Shown here one piece after another: positions 12,732-27,158 of a stretch of 64,000 nucleotides of DNA. The stretch is from positions 186,001 to 250,000 of the forward strand of contig CT868385.1 of NCBI GenBank assembly GCA_000165425.1, in the 5' to 3' direction. This DNA comes from Paramecium tetraurelia (Eukaryota). The stretch's first letter is position 1; each line of letters opens with the position of its first letter. The position numbers and the translations under genes are program-made. The notes under the pieces were generated by a model. The model made no database searches. It saw only the letters and a list, made by a program, of their open reading frames with translations, and had not been told where the DNA came from.

Positions 12732-13504
12732 TATATTATAAATTATATTAGCTTTAAAAAATTTAAACTTATTTAACCAAATACTTTTCAAAGAGAACCT
12801 CATTTAGCTCGTAATCCAAAAATATTTATTCACAAAAGAGTTATAAATCAATTTTTAATTGACTATTTATCCTTAATGATATATTTTGAAGATAAATTTA
12901 TAATGTTATAATCTACCCTTAAATTAAAGTATTTTAAGAAAAGCATTAGTTCATATATTATATTTGATTTTACAAAGGAGTTACTCAAATTTTAATTTAT
13001 ATGAATTCTTCACTTATTAAAGGTAAAAATTGTGTAAATACTATTATTTTGATATCCAACATTATAAACATTAAGATAAATAAGCTGTATCAACAATTTA
13101 AGTAGTTAGAGTTTCGGAATTCTATCGGAATGGAATTTAATTGAAGAAGATGGTTTTTTGAGTATAAAATAAATAATTAGAACTTAAATTTTAAATATTG
13201 ATTTAATTATAAGCTTAATTATTTATGGAAGTATACATGAAAATAGACTGTTTGTTATTTATCCACAATTTTTCACCAAAGAAGTAGCTGAAATACTAAA
13301 ATGCTAAGTTAATGAGTTATTACCCATTTTAATTAATCAATTTATATCTAATATTTTTTAATTAATGGTGATTCAATTCAAACAAATATAAAACAAGATT
13401 TATCTTTCAATTATTCTTTTCATTTATAAAGATTTAATTGATATTTTATGAATATATAATCAAAATGACATATTGAACTTAATATTTAATTTTAAAGAAC
13501 AAGA

Positions 13505-16500
13505 ATGAAATCTCTAAAGTTTATAAAGATTCTAAATACAATTATTTACAGAACAATGATAATTCAAGAATTTACAAGTTAACCATCAAAACTGGTATAT
13601 TTTTTTGCTCAATTCTTCAATGAATTGCTTGTACTAAAATGTGGCTTGCTAATTTAAAAATATGACTATAAAATTGAAAGCTTATTCGAAAAATTCTTGC
13701 TATAGGTAATTCGACCTTATACATACTTTATTCAACAGGAATTAATGCTCTTTTACAGCATTGGGACTTTTGTACTTCTTTAACTTTTGATAATTTTTTG
13801 GGTTTATCTTCTCAATATATCAGGAGATTAGGAGAAAAAAACATACATATAGTTAATAAATAAATATGAATCAAGCTCAACCTTACAATTTTCACTCATT
13901 TACATTTGGAAGTTGGTATTTTTAATGTTGTCCGAATTTCTCAGCCTAATAATGATCGAAGGGTGTTTCGTTATTTTGTTTGATGAAAAGATTGATAATA
14001 TATTTTGTCTAATTAGTTCCATAATAATGCTGCTTGAAATTTTAGTTATTGTGATGCTTTAATAAGTGTTTATGAATCAAAGCTTATCATACATACCAAG
14101 ATAACTGAACTAAATAATTCGACCAACGCTCCTAGTTTACTTAAGCAAATTACTAAAAATAATTGTATTGTGCTTATTTACAAGTTCAATAACGAATAAA
14201 TCTATAATGGTCTTAGTCATATTAATATTAAATGGTTTGCTTGAATTATATATGTTATTAATTTTGTCAATTAAACTGGATAGATATTTGGTTAGACAAA
14301 ATGTATTAATGCAATGCTTGATAATATGTGTTTCAATTTAGCAAATAATCAACATATACATTGATTAATCCTTATAGTTTTTATGGATTATTGTCTCAGT
14401 TTTATTGTAGTAAATCCCTGTCATTCTATTATTTAAATTACAATATCTTGCAGACCTCTGAAAACCCTCATAGTACAACAAAAATTTAAACTCAGTTATT
14501 AGAAAATCAAAAGAAATTATATTATTCATCAGTAGATGACAGATAGGAGAAATTCAGAATATAGATTGGTCAATAAGATTTTTATATCATATCATTAAAA
14601 AAGTTGCAGAAAATAAGTGTGTTACTGTAATAATGAAGAAATGGTAATGATTAAATTGGAAAGTATTATATTAAAAGACTTAATTAAGAAATTAAAAGCC
14701 TAAATACAATAGTCTTAATAATAATCCTCGTTATTTTATATCTAGTATATTTAGCTACTTATTTAAAATGGAAAATGCTTTGACGCTTTGAATGTGACCT
14801 AAAAAGTACTGAATTAGTTCAATAGAAGAACATAACAATTCAAGAAACCTACACAATTAATAAAAGGATAAATTTCACTTTAACAAAAAATATTATTTAA
14901 ATTACTTTAACAGCAAATCTTAATATCTATAAAATATTCCATTTAAAGTAGATCAACAGGAGCAGCTAAACATTACATAATAAAATAGGCCATACGATCA
15001 TTATAACAAAAAGTTGATTCTGAAAAGATTTTGTAAGAATAATTTAATGTCATTTTGAAAGCAAAAATGGATTTTTTAGATGAAATAGCAAAGAAGCCAA
15101 ATCTAGAAGTTATTTACATAAATAATCAAGCTTTGAAAATAATCAAATAAATTGAAGAATTAAAGAAAAGATTAGTGAATAATTTCGAAATAGTTCCTAG
15201 TATCTTATTTATAATAAATTTTAGCTCATAACAATTAAAGTTTGCTTCTATTTTTTCAGATAGAGATTTTGAATGATTTGATAAATTCATAAACAATTAA
15301 CACTATGAACACTCAACTCGATGATCAAGAACAAATTGTTAATGCAAATAACATTTATCAAGAATTTGCCACTCAATATTCATATGTCACTTTCATTCTA
15401 AAAGAAGAAGATAATATTGAGTTAGTTTAAGATGGCTTAAATAAAGCAATTAGAATAGGGTCTACGAAATATACTTCATTTGAGGAAATGGTTCCTTCTT
15501 CTTTAGTTTCAGCACATAAATACCTTATGAAAGATTTTTTTTAAACAGGATAAAATAAGTATTATTTAAACATTGGTTAATCCTTTATCTAAATATCAAT
15601 AGGAGTTATAAGCCCAATTGAAATGTGTTTGGATATTTCATTCGATTTATCAATGAATCAATTGTTATCTACAGCATTTATCAGATTAGCAAGTAATAAT
15701 ATTCTAATCCATTACTTCTTATTGGATGGCCAACTTAAGATTAGGGAGATATCTCAGCTACTCTATTAAAAGATATTGGAATATCCAGTAAATTAAAAAA
15801 TGATATTTATGGATTAATCCATCTTTGCTTTTATTCCTACTTTAGCTGAAAAAGATTTCCTTCATGATAGAACTTTGGGCTTGTATTAAATAAATTTTCC
15901 AACTAATAATAATAAATCAATTACTACGCATTCCAAATATAGTTAAAAATCAATAGAAATATTTTAAGGTGTAATTAGTGTTTCAGTAAGAAAGATTAAT
16001 CAAAAAAATACATATTACATATTAGAAATCACAGATTTGAAATCTGATAAAAAGGTTTATGATTCAATAACATTATCAAATCAATAATAATATATTGAAG
16101 TGGATGAAAAAGAGATTATTAACATTCCATTTGATATGTGTTCACAACCCGAATAAAGTAATTTTAATTAAGTAGTATAACAATAATTAACATCCCGTTT
16201 GGATTCTTAAAGACCATTATTATTCACAAGTCTAGGTGAATGTTTAGATGGCTAGATAGATAATGTAAAAGGCAGCCAAAGTTAATTATCAAATAAATTA
16301 GAAAATTCAGTATAATCAAAACATAAAGAATCCAAATCAGATGAAGTATTAAAGTAATTTGACGATTAAGGATCATAAATATCATCAGTGGCAGCAGTTC
16401 GAAGATCTGCTTACTTTAAATAATTTTCAATTGTAAATTAGTTAATCTTTTCTAAAGTTTTCCCTCTTAACATTAAAATCTTTAATTTTATGTATTTTCT

Positions 16501-18284
16501 TTATATTTTTGCTGGAGTAATCAATTTAAGTATCCTTATTGAATAAGTGCAAAAACTATAAAACTATCAAGACCTTTTGGCATTATTGAGCATCAAATAT
16601 GATATATATGAACCAATTGAATCATTTTTAAATACTAGATATACTATTGTTGGCCTAAATTAAGCAATAGCAACTAGAGTGATAACCTAATCTGTATTTA
16701 ATGAATTAGTTGCATTTCCCAGATCAAATTTAGCAAGAGGATATGATGATTTAAAAGGAAATATCTTTGATGTAATATCTCGGAAAGAATTCTAGACATT
16801 TCTAAAAGATAGATATTTTGATAGTAATTGGTATATATCTACTAATAAAGGAATCAATAAGAATATGACGTTTAGAAGCGGAATTTTGGCATTGTTGAAT
16901 TATTAGTACGATTTTAAATTAGCATACACAGTTAAGACATTATAGACAGATGGACCATATTTTTATTATTCATATAAGAATTATATTCCACTTTATACAA
17001 TCTTTGCCTAATTGAATTCAGATATTTTGGATCAACTGACGAACCAACTAACAGATTAATCAGATTAGCTTACTATGATTTCAGCTCCATTTAATGTATT
17101 CTTAGGAATAGTATCTATTATTTACTATATTTATTTAATAAGATAAAGAAGGTTAAAAAATAAGATTTTAAGTCTACTTTATCAGTAGGATAATGAAGTT
17201 GTTGGGCACGAAGTTCAAAGATTGAAATAATTATAAACTTTAATTAATTCCAACTATAGTTCTTTATATCAATATGCTTTAGATGTTTAGAGTTTTGATG
17301 AAAATTTGAAGCAACAAGAAGGGGAATTCTTTAGATTAATCAATAAAAAAGGGAATCGAACAGCAGGATCAAGAAAAAATAGATAAATAAAGCTTTACAA
17401 TTTCATGTAGTTGGGAATACTCCTTGCCAATATAATTGTTCTACTATTGTTATACTACATTACAATCAGCTCTCTTGACTAATATTTAACCAAATCAAAA
17501 AATACAGGATAATTCTATGAATCTCTTTCTAATACAGGAGTGGATGTTCTAATCATTTATGCATAAAGAGAAGTATTGTACAGAATAACTTTATTTTCAT
17601 ATTTAACTTCCGAAGATGCTTCCGATTTATAACTTCAAGTGGATAATAGTCTAGAATCAATTAATAAATTCAGTGGATTGCTGTTAGTATTAAATCAAAA
17701 TGATTATTTATTGGATGATTCATCCTTAGAATTATTTGATAAAATTAGTTCTTCTTCTCTATGCAACTATTTACCAGAAGTAAATTTATTTTCTATTTTA
17801 AGATATACGCAAACGTTTCGACTACTCTTTGTCCCTAGGTTTTATCAGGAGTATTAAATTAAGGATTGATATCAACTCTGAACGTAATGTATAACTCGAT
17901 TAAATCTGAAAAACAAGTGAATAACTTTACTAACAGATCCAATGCTCAAGTACCATTGAGAGAATTGGAAGGAGCAACATTTACCGCAAAAGTGATAAAA
18001 GAATTAGTCAAAAAACTATATTCGAATCTTTATAATTACACAAACGAGATAAAATCTAATTTTTAAGTAAATATGCTATATTATTTTAGATTATATACAT
18101 CTGTGGTATTTTTATATAACTAATATTTGGGTTTAGTATAATTTATAAAATTAGTGCGTATGAAAGAGAATAAATGAACATTTTACGAAAAGTTGTCTAT
18201 CTATTGCCTTAATCAACACTTTTGTTTGATGATTCATTCTAAAGGCAAATCAAGATTATTATGAAATAAGGATAGTTAGTTTGA
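13505..18284 (+). CDS. Large multi-TM protein with degenerate PAS-like domain (ciliate-expanded, TmcB/PAS S-box-like family)
   Basis: N-terminal TM block, HQKSCRKQVCYC motif, PAS-like EMVPSSLVSAHKYLMKDFFQTG, further TM clusters, C-terminal RKVVYLLPQSTLLFDDSFQRQI. One frame change near 14377-14460 needs an atypical intron or a frameshift. Confidence 0.7.
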
Positions 18285-18479
18285 CTTAGATTTATTACTT
18301 AAATTATTAATATAGAAGTAAATAATAAATTAAAGTTCATTCTATAAATTTACCTTGTTGGCTCATATCTTTATCTAAAACAGATAAATTTAATCTGATT
18401 TTCTCTTTATTAACGCCACTTTTCTTTGACAGATTTAACAAAGTAGTTAAAGCATAAAATAATAAATATATTTAGAATT

Positions 18480-19256
18480 TCAATTATTAAACTATTCATC
18501 AATTCTTTCACATGTGTCTTCGAGCAATCTCAAAAGTTAATCTGCCATAGATTCCCTTTGTTATTTTTCGCTTTTTAATTCGGTCTGAATTCTTTAATGT
18601 ATATCTTCTATCATATTAAATATTTTCTTTTGGGTTTCATCTCTAATTTGTCTTTCCACTTGTAATATGTCTTAAAATGCATTAATTTAATTATCTATTT
18701 GTTCAATTAAATTATTCTATGAATCTTCTCTATTTTAAGTTTCTCCTTCTAATAAATATTTCAATTCACTCATTTATAAGTTAATGCTTTGTAATAATTT
18801 ATTTGTTTTTTCTTTGCATGTACCGTTGCTTGATTATAAATTAGAATTGAGACTATTGAATCTTTCTTCAATTTATTTTAACAATTACAATTCCAATTTT
18901 CTTTTGTTCTAATTACAAATTCAATATTATACACTTTTTTCCTCTTCCACTTGCTAAGTTAGTTATTCTTCAAAGTTACGAAGATCCTTTTATTTTAGTT
19001 CATCAAATTATTCTCTATCATTTTTTTCTTAATAAACTTAATCTTGTAATTTTAACAAATGGTCTTTTAAGGTTTTGAACTTCTGTTCTTCTTTTGGTTT
19101 TTCTTAATTCAAAAGCGATTCTATTCTTTGGATATGCTATTCTACTAATTCTTTTTTGTCATTCTTCTCTTTATCCAATCCTTATTTTAAATTAGACCAC
19201 TTCTCAGTCAATACTTTTAACCTATCAGTTTATGGAGATTCTAGAGTGGATTACAT
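18480..19256 (-). CDS. SF-assemblin / beta-giardin family striated-rootlet coiled-coil protein
   Basis: MQSTLESPQTDRLKVLTEKWSNLKQGLDKEK…, continuous coiled coil, C-terminal EKQQRESMADQLLRLLEDTCERID typical of SF-assemblins. An alternative start at 19320 is possible. Confidence 0.75.
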
Positions 19257-19316
19257 ATAGCACAGTACCTCTCCTGACCTTTTCAATTGATTGGAATTAT
19301 GGATTGTTTGAATATT

Positions 19317-19787
19317 TCATTTCAAATTAAATACGTTAATATTATTTATCATTGACCATGGTACTATTTTAACAAAATTATGTAAATTTTCATATTATTA
19401 ATCATCAATATGGAATTTAGGCTTGAGTGATCTCACTATTGCACTACATCCAACATCTGTTTAAAATGGTAAATGATGTACTCCTTTTGGAAGATTAGTT
19501 TGATTTGTTCTACTCAAGCATATCACATCGCATATTGATGTTAATTAAGTCATAAAATATTGTTATTCCTCATTGAACACTTCCCCTCTTAAAGTGATGC
19601 AACCTCTACTCTTAGAGTTTTGATCCACTTTTTAATCAAATAATTAATTCAAAATTTGTATTTGTGATAATTTAGTATCTGGTTGCTCTTATTATGGTGG
19701 CTAACTAATAATCTTGGTGATAAATTTCGGTGCCATAAACAATAAAACAACTAAGAATATAATTACTAATATGAATGTAATTGCCAT
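19317..19787 (-). CDS. Peroxin Pex22-like protein
   Basis: N-terminal TM (MAITFILVIIFLVVLLFMAPK) and C-terminal FQTDVGCSAIVRSLKPKFHIDD, resembling the plant-type Pex22 motif FCSTExGRxSFVRQLEPxWHID; intronless, 156 aa. Confidence 0.55.
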
Positions 19788-19816
19788 TTAATAAATTATT
19801 ATTATTATATAAATAT

Positions 19817-21488
19817 TCATCCATAATTAATAAAGGGTGCTAAAATATCATCAGGGAGACCTCCAATAAGTTAAGGTGAAGGTCCTTTAAAGTGAGTCCA
19901 AGTATTAGGTATCTCAATAAATTAAATATAAAATCTATATTCGTATTAAGCAGCATCAATTGATACTTGAGTGCAAATCAATGAGGCTGAATTAATTCTG
20001 AACCTCTCCTTTCCCTTTTCTCCATATACAATATACCCAAAAGTGAGAGAGAACTGATAACTGTCAGTTGATGAACATGGAGATACCAGCAACCATTCAT
20101 CAGTACTTAGATTATTTGAACCTGAATCACCATATCTGGCTACAAATTTCAGATTATCTGCAACATTCTTATAAATATTGGAAGTTGAGAAACTGATGGA
20201 TGATTTTGAACAAGAAATCTTTTAATCCTCTAAAAATTTGATTTGAAAAGAATGACTGACATCTTTAGTAGTACTGGATATGCATAATCCCTAAATGAGG
20301 ATAATATTGATAATAATACATCATAAGATTCTACTCCTATAAACAATTATTATAACAATTCCTCATTTGTATTATCCAAAGACTTTTTAAATCTTAAAGG
20401 AGCTCCTCTTGAATATCCTCCCTTACTTGATATATCATAGGCCTCCCCTTTGACAGTTTTATAAATGATTCCACTGATAGCAGGTATTATGTTGACTGCA
20501 TCTGCATTCACCTGAACAGCATCTATCATAAAGATCGTAGCATCAATTGAAGTTGGTTTACCACTTTTTTCTGTATCATCAATAGGGACCGCAGCCATAT
20601 TGAATTGATAGATAACACCGACAACCATATTAGTTTTTCCGACAGGATCAGTGGGAGTTGTAATGGTAGCATACTGATATCTCTTTGTGGCGTCATTATA
20701 TGTAATTTAATAAGTGGCACTAACCTTTACACTTAATCCCCAGATTGTTAATGATAAATAATTTGAGTATTTGAATTCTGTTAGCAATAGTGGTGTTATT
20801 TAATCATCAGTTAATTCTTGAATAATTGAATATCTTAATACATCTTGAACATATAGAGACAGGGTAAGTCTGATATCTTCTAATTTGACTTGATTGACAT
20901 CCTTTATCATTGTCATTTCTTGGTCTATACATGTACATCAAATCTAGGTTACTTATCAGAGTTGAAGTAATGTAATTTTCAGTAGACAAACCTATAAATG
21001 TGGGGGTGCTTGAAAATTTAGATATGTATTCCTCTATTTTAGCGGTATAATCTTTTGAATCTAATTCTTTGTTTTACAAAGTGGACAAAGTGTTTTGATT
21101 TGTAACGCAACCCAAGTTTTTAAATAGCTGACAATATCCATATGTAATCTTACATTGTATGCAATTCTTAGTCCTAAATACAAATCACTTGAACTTTTTT
21201 GATAATCTCTATTGCATTCAGGAATTTGATACGCAGAGGAATATACTACATTAAGATTTAAAATGTACTTTTCTCTCTGCATTTTCTTGCTAAATCCCAT
21301 TCAACTATTGTATTGCTATCACATTTAGAATCACAGCAACAGTATTCATCACAAAAATCAGTTGAAAAATTGCATGCACAACTTACTGATTCATGTATCA
21401 ACGATTCTGTTGCACTCAAGCTTAGTTGACTCAATTGGCATTCAATTCCTTTCAAAACTAAACTTATCAAAAGTAATTCATTCAACAT
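19817..21488 (-). CDS. TCTN: Tectonic family ciliary transition-zone protein
   Basis: Signal peptide, Cys cluster CACNFSTDFCDEYCCCDSKC, internal GGYSRGAPL (GYxxGxP motif), C-terminal GLPDDILAPF. Confidence 0.85.
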
Positions 21489-21626
21489 TTAAATATATAA
21501 TATATTATATTCTAAAATGACTATCACAATTACAAATTTTTATGTTTAATGATAATTAATTAATCGCGCTAATAATTCGATATTGTAGTCCAAGGCGGAA
21601 AGAATTAATAATAATTATTAATAAAC

Positions 21627-22750
21627 ATGAAAAGCAAAAATATTAATGTTGCTCCAGATCTTAATTCAGTCCTTCAGAAGAAGGTTAGACTTTGTGAAGA
21701 TAGCCAAAGTACTACACTCTTTAACGAGAACTCCAATTCCCTTGAATCCTTCCCTACATTATCGAAAATAGCATCGAAATACCTTAATAAACCTTCACTT
21801 AGAGAAAGATTTCAATAAATTAATAATACTGGAAACTTATAAGCAAGCAAATATTACACTTTAATTTCCATCTTATCAGCTATTGACTCACAATTATTAT
21901 TTCTAAAATATAGAGTACATTTACATATAACCTTAGAGAGAATCTTTGTTTTGGCCAAACATTGTCAAAAGTTGTTATGATTCTTAATAATTATAAGTCA
22001 CAACTCGATAATTATAAGAAATATTAACTGTTTGGAGTTAAAGTTATATCATTATTTGGGAAAAATTTGAAAAGCAAGGTGGGAATTTCGAACTCCTACT
22101 CAAATTCCCAGAAAAACAATTATTAAACTCTTAAGAATTGAATTCTAGAAAAGAATTATTTTAAAATAAATTGGAAGCCTTTTTATAATTAAATGGAGAT
22201 TACGTAGAACCAATGAAGTTACCTTAGAAACCTTAATTTGCTGATCCCAATCTTAAGAAAGAAAATAATTAATCAAGTAAAAGCGATTGTGTACAATTTT
22301 CTCAATCCATTAACATCTCCAGAATCTTTTAAGATAAGGATAAACCATGTGATAACAAACAATTATCTACAGTATCCTAAAAACTAATTGATAAGCTTCG
22401 AGAAAGGAAATTGCAGGAAAAATAAAAGTCAGAAGAATCATAAGATGACAAATAATTATCCTCAAAAAAGTAGCATATCTTAGTCGCGACTATGCTACAC
22501 TCCTATTACAAATAAAGAGATGTATCAAATATGTTCTTCAATAATGTACTCAAATACATTCATGATCATAATACTAATGTTCTTTTGAGTAGTGAATAAA
22601 TTAAATCAATCATAAGTATGTATTCAGTTCTATAAAGTGAGTCTTATTCAAACTATTGCAAATTGGCTGTAGCTAATTGATAATTCTGGAGGATAAATTC
22701 TCAGATTAAACAAAGAAATAGATTTACCAAATATCATCAACTAATTGTGA
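21627..22750 (+). CDS. CDT1: DNA replication licensing factor Cdt1-like
   Basis: Middle domain KYYTLISILSAIDSQLLFL…QLQEILTVWSQSY…ELNSRKELFQNKL; LIDKLRERK; C-terminal winged-helix-like ATMLHSYY…LIQTIANWLQLIDNSGGQILRLNK. Both match Cdt1 domain patterns. Confidence 0.65.
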
Positions 22751-23655
22751 TGAATTGAATGTTTATGAATCTCTAATTAAGTAGTTTTATATTTAACATC
22801 ACCAATCCTATAATTTCACTTCAAATAGATTTTTATATATTTTGACAATTTTGTTGAGAGTTATACATAACAATTTAAATCTAATTTTCCCTCTAAGAAA
22901 TTCTGTCTAAAGTTTACAAGGAATATGAGTAATAATCACAATTCAGAAAGAATAATCAAATTAAGATGAATTTACTTATCTAACAAATTTCCTAATTTTT
23001 ATCAACATGATGAAAATAAATTATTGGTCTAACTAGAGGTTAAGATCACCTAATTGGACCTTGTAAAATTTGTTGATTTTTGAGAACTTTATAATTATAT
23101 TTTGTATTTTATAAGGTTTTTCTTTTTCTATAAATGAATTTCATAATGTACGATTCTCTATTTCTTGTAATAATTTATATTATTTTATTAATTTGTTGTT
23201 TATTTCCATCAATTATTATTTAGAGTTCATTTATAGTTTATAAAATTATTAAAGGTTTTCATAAGTTTCTGGATAAAGTTATATTGCTAGCAATAATATT
23301 TTTAATGTAGATAAAGTTTAAACTATTTCTTTTTATTTAAATATTCTCAATTTATAATTACACAATTATATTTATCAGATGTCTAAGATAAAACAACATA
23401 ATCTTTAGTTATAATTATTATTTAAGACCTGATTTTAAACTATTCAGATGTAGAAAATGAATTAAATTCATTCAAACTATAATTTTTAAATTTTCCAACA
23501 AGTTTATTACAAAATTATTAATATAATTTTTTAGAAAGTCAGAATATTTTAACACGAATTTCATCAGTTTCATTTTAAGGATTGATTCTATGTTTCAAAG
23601 CATGATTCCATAAAATATCCCGTTTTAACCGATGAATCGCTTTCTATTATAATTA

Positions 23656-24633
23656 ATGTCTTAAATAACAAACAATATCTTGATCATTAGCATTATTTTA
23701 GTATATGCTTAGGCATAAATTTCTTTGAATATTTCTTCAGAGAATTCTGTAGAGAAGTATTTTATTACATCAACAGAAAACATGGTTGTAATAGGTTTTG
23801 AAGGACAATAAGTATAAGTTTATAAATACTGGCCTAGGAAGTGAGAGATTACATATTTTGCAGAATAAATGACTGCACATGTGAGGACATGGTTTCTAAA
23901 GGACCAAGAAGCCACCCTTAGCTTAACTCAATTTAGTAAACCATAAATGTATAATGCATTGATAAAAACACAATTACTTTTGAAAGAAAAGAGAACGGTT
24001 GCAAACCTTATGTTTGGAACAATAAGCCTTAAGAGGAAGAATAAAAACCATATTAACCTCAAAAAAGAATAACTTAAGCTAATACTTACACAGATAGTGA
24101 TATGACAGCTTCATTAACTGTTGGCTCAACATTGTCATTAAAATGGAAATTCAACACAGATGACACAATAGAAATATGTGTTATCTTAAATAAGAAATCT
24201 TGGGTGGGAATAGGATTTGGCCAAGGAGTATTTTAATATAAATTAACTGTAGATGAATGGAGTAGACATGTTTGCTATTAATATTATAGATGGAGCAGCA
24301 GAACTATTAGACTTATACGCTACAAGTGAAAGTTAACCCCCAACAGACAGTTCTTAGGACATTACATTGATTTCATCTAGCGTTTCTGATTCAGAAGTAA
24401 AAGCTAGGATTAAGAGAAAATTGAATACTGGGGATTCAAAGGATGCAGTATTGGCCAAAGGATCCACTTATACTTGGAGTTATGCAACTTCTTCATCTCT
24501 CGTAATAGAAGATCATAAGAGTAATGTAGGACAATTTTCAATAACTCTAAGTGAGTCAGGATCATAACAAACTAGTAATGCAAATTTAATATCGTTAATT
24601 TTTGGGTTGCTGGTTCTAGGCTTAATTATTTGA
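23656..24633 (+). CDS. Secreted/GPI-type DOMON domain protein
   Basis: Signal peptide; DOMON motifs LSLKWKF, SWVGIGFGQGMNGVDM, KRKLNTGDSKD, WSY and a distal His (EDH); hydrophobic C-terminal tail ANLISLIFGLLVLGLII*. Confidence 0.8.
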
Positions 24634-24865
24634 ATTATAAAATATATTAATTCACATTATTAAGTTAAATTGCATTAAGAATAAAATCAAACTTATTTAT
24701 TAAATTCGAATTGGCTTGATATTTTAGATTTACAATCCACTTCTTTTTTCAGCTTAATTATCATAAATATATAAAAAATACCTTAATATCTAGTCAAGAT
24801 ATGGACTTTCATTGTATAATAGATACTTATGTTATTAAAAATAATTTAATTTATTTATTAATAAA

Positions 24866-25852
24866 ATGAAACGATAAAATTCTGCTAATGTTACAGGAAG
24901 TCCAAGTCGATATTTCTCAACAACTTAAAATTAATTTGGAGACATTCTTAAATAGATAACCCACAATTGCAACAATAAACCAATAAAAAAGGCAAGTAGT
25001 CCAAATCCTAATGGCCAATTATAGAAGAGAATCAAAACTTAAACTAGTTGCTCAAAAATGCCAAATTAAAACAGTTAAAATAAAAAGGCTAGTTCAAGTG
25101 TGCCTAAAAATAGGCTAGAATATTACACAATACACGAGTAAATTGGATCTGGAAAATTTGGTAAAGTTTACAAATGTGTTTTGAACTCAACAAAGAAAAT
25201 ATACGCTATAAAGATGATTGATAAGCAATAATTAAAGAAGAATTAAATGAATCATTAGTTGTAAAGAGAGGTGACCATTTAGTAAATGCTAAAACATCCT
25301 AACATAATTCAGTTAATCGAATTTTTTGAGACTGCTACAAATTATTGTTTAGTAATGGAATATGCAAATGGAGGAACTTTATTTTAGTCATTGATGAGAT
25401 AAAATAATAAAAGATATTCTGAGCCTGCTGCCTCAAATATGATAAAGCAAGTTGCCTTAGCTATATAATAAATGCAAAAACAATCAATAATACACAGGGA
25501 TCTTAAGCCAGAAAACATATTATGGAGCGATGGAGTATTGAAAATAAGTGATTTTGGTTGGTCAATTCAAGACAAAAAAGAAAGGGATACTCTCTGTGGA
25601 ACAATAGACTATTTACCTCCAGAAATGGTCTATGGATAATCTTATGATAACTCAATAGATTTATGGTCATTAGGAGTCTTAACTTTTGAATTAACAACAG
25701 GCAAGACGCCCTTTTAAATTCAAGAGGGGTTTGCATTACAATTCCCAGATCATTTATCGGGAGATGTAAAAGATTTAATGAAAGGATTGTTGGCTGAGAA
25801 AAAGAATAGAAAATCAATAGATTGGGTCTTAAATCATGTTTGGTTATGCTGA
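24866..25852 (+). CDS. Aurora-like Ser/Thr protein kinase
   Basis: Intronless; [40 protein letters not shown] (DFGWS and TLCGTxDYLPPE are Aurora hallmarks). Confidence 0.85.
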
Positions 25853-25867
25853 TACTATTTAATATTT

Positions 25868-27158
25868 TCATAAATTCGATTTTTATTTCTTTTGCTCAGT
25901 AAATACCTTATTCCATCCTAATTTCTTTCTGAGATTTACTATCCATTCGTTGTAATCAATATCTGATTTGTCTTGGATAACTAAAATAAACTAATCTAAT
26001 ACTGCTAACAGAATTCTCAGATTATTATATTTCGAATATCATGTCTTTGCTGAATTCAATTGTTGCTTGACCATCAGCACAAATAAATCCGTTAGCTCTG
26101 CATTAATTTGCTAATTTAATTGTTATCTAAAGGCATGTAGGCAATACTATAGGTCTAAAAGATAAAGACAAAGGACAAATTGGAGCAATAGATATTGAGG
26201 ATACCTCATTTTGGATGATCGGACCTCCTGCTGACAAAAAGTATGCTGTTGAACCAGTTGGAGTAGACACAATAATTCCATCTCCGGATGCAACAGTTAA
26301 CAACACGTTGTTAATGTATATTTCAATGTATAAACAATGTGGGTTTGCTCCTCGAGATATTACAAACTCATTTAAAACATGATATTCAAATTATTGTTGC
26401 CCTGCTTATTTAAGACAACCCTTAAGTCTTAGTTTTCTCTCAACAATAAATTACCCTGCAGTTCTAAAATGTCCAATCTATTGTGATAATATGTTATATT
26501 TATCCTTTAAATCAAAAACACACATGAAACCCAAGGTTCCTTTCTAAAATGCCAAAATTGGGGGAGGCTCTGATCCTTAAAATTGTCTCAACGCATAAAG
26601 TACAGTTCCGTCTCCTCCAACTACAATAATCAAAGCAATTAAAGGTATTGATTCCTTATTGAAAACAAAAAGTCTATTAGTATGAGTTAGCTCTGCAATT
26701 TCATCAAATTATTTCTACTCTAAATATATATTGCAATTCAATTCCATTAAGTTTTCAGAGATTTCCTTGACAATATATTTGCATTCATCATCAAACAATT
26801 TATAATAGATTAATGCATTCATTTCTCCTTTAAGACTATACGATACAGATTCTTAAGTTTGACGATATACCGAAGTTGTTTTCTTTGATTATCAAAAATA
26901 AAATACTCTCTTGTCAAGTCGCATGCATTCGAAAAATGATACCCTACACTTGTCGTTTCCCCATTCAAAATTATCAGAATATTAAGGACTGCAACTTTTT
27001 ATAGATCGGACAGGAATCTAATTCCCTAATTATGAATCTATAATATCTCAAATGTTTGTACCTTGATCTTGAAAATGACTCTGCTGTCTTGTAATTATAG
27101 TAATTTTCTCACAAATCTCCCCTTCGTCTTCATAATTTTCAGATATCACATTATCCAT
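25868..27158 (-). CDS. ATP-NAD kinase
   Basis: [48 protein letters not shown]-terminal LRKKLGW. Confidence 0.92.

Noticed and set aside
19317..19320. Bacterial-style ATGA stop/start overlap between the Pex22-like gene and SF-assemblin
   Set aside because: It requires the upstream ATG at 19320 plus a 28-nt intron. The ATG at 19256 gives a plausible SF-assemblin N-terminus with a normal spacer, so the overlap is probably coincidental.
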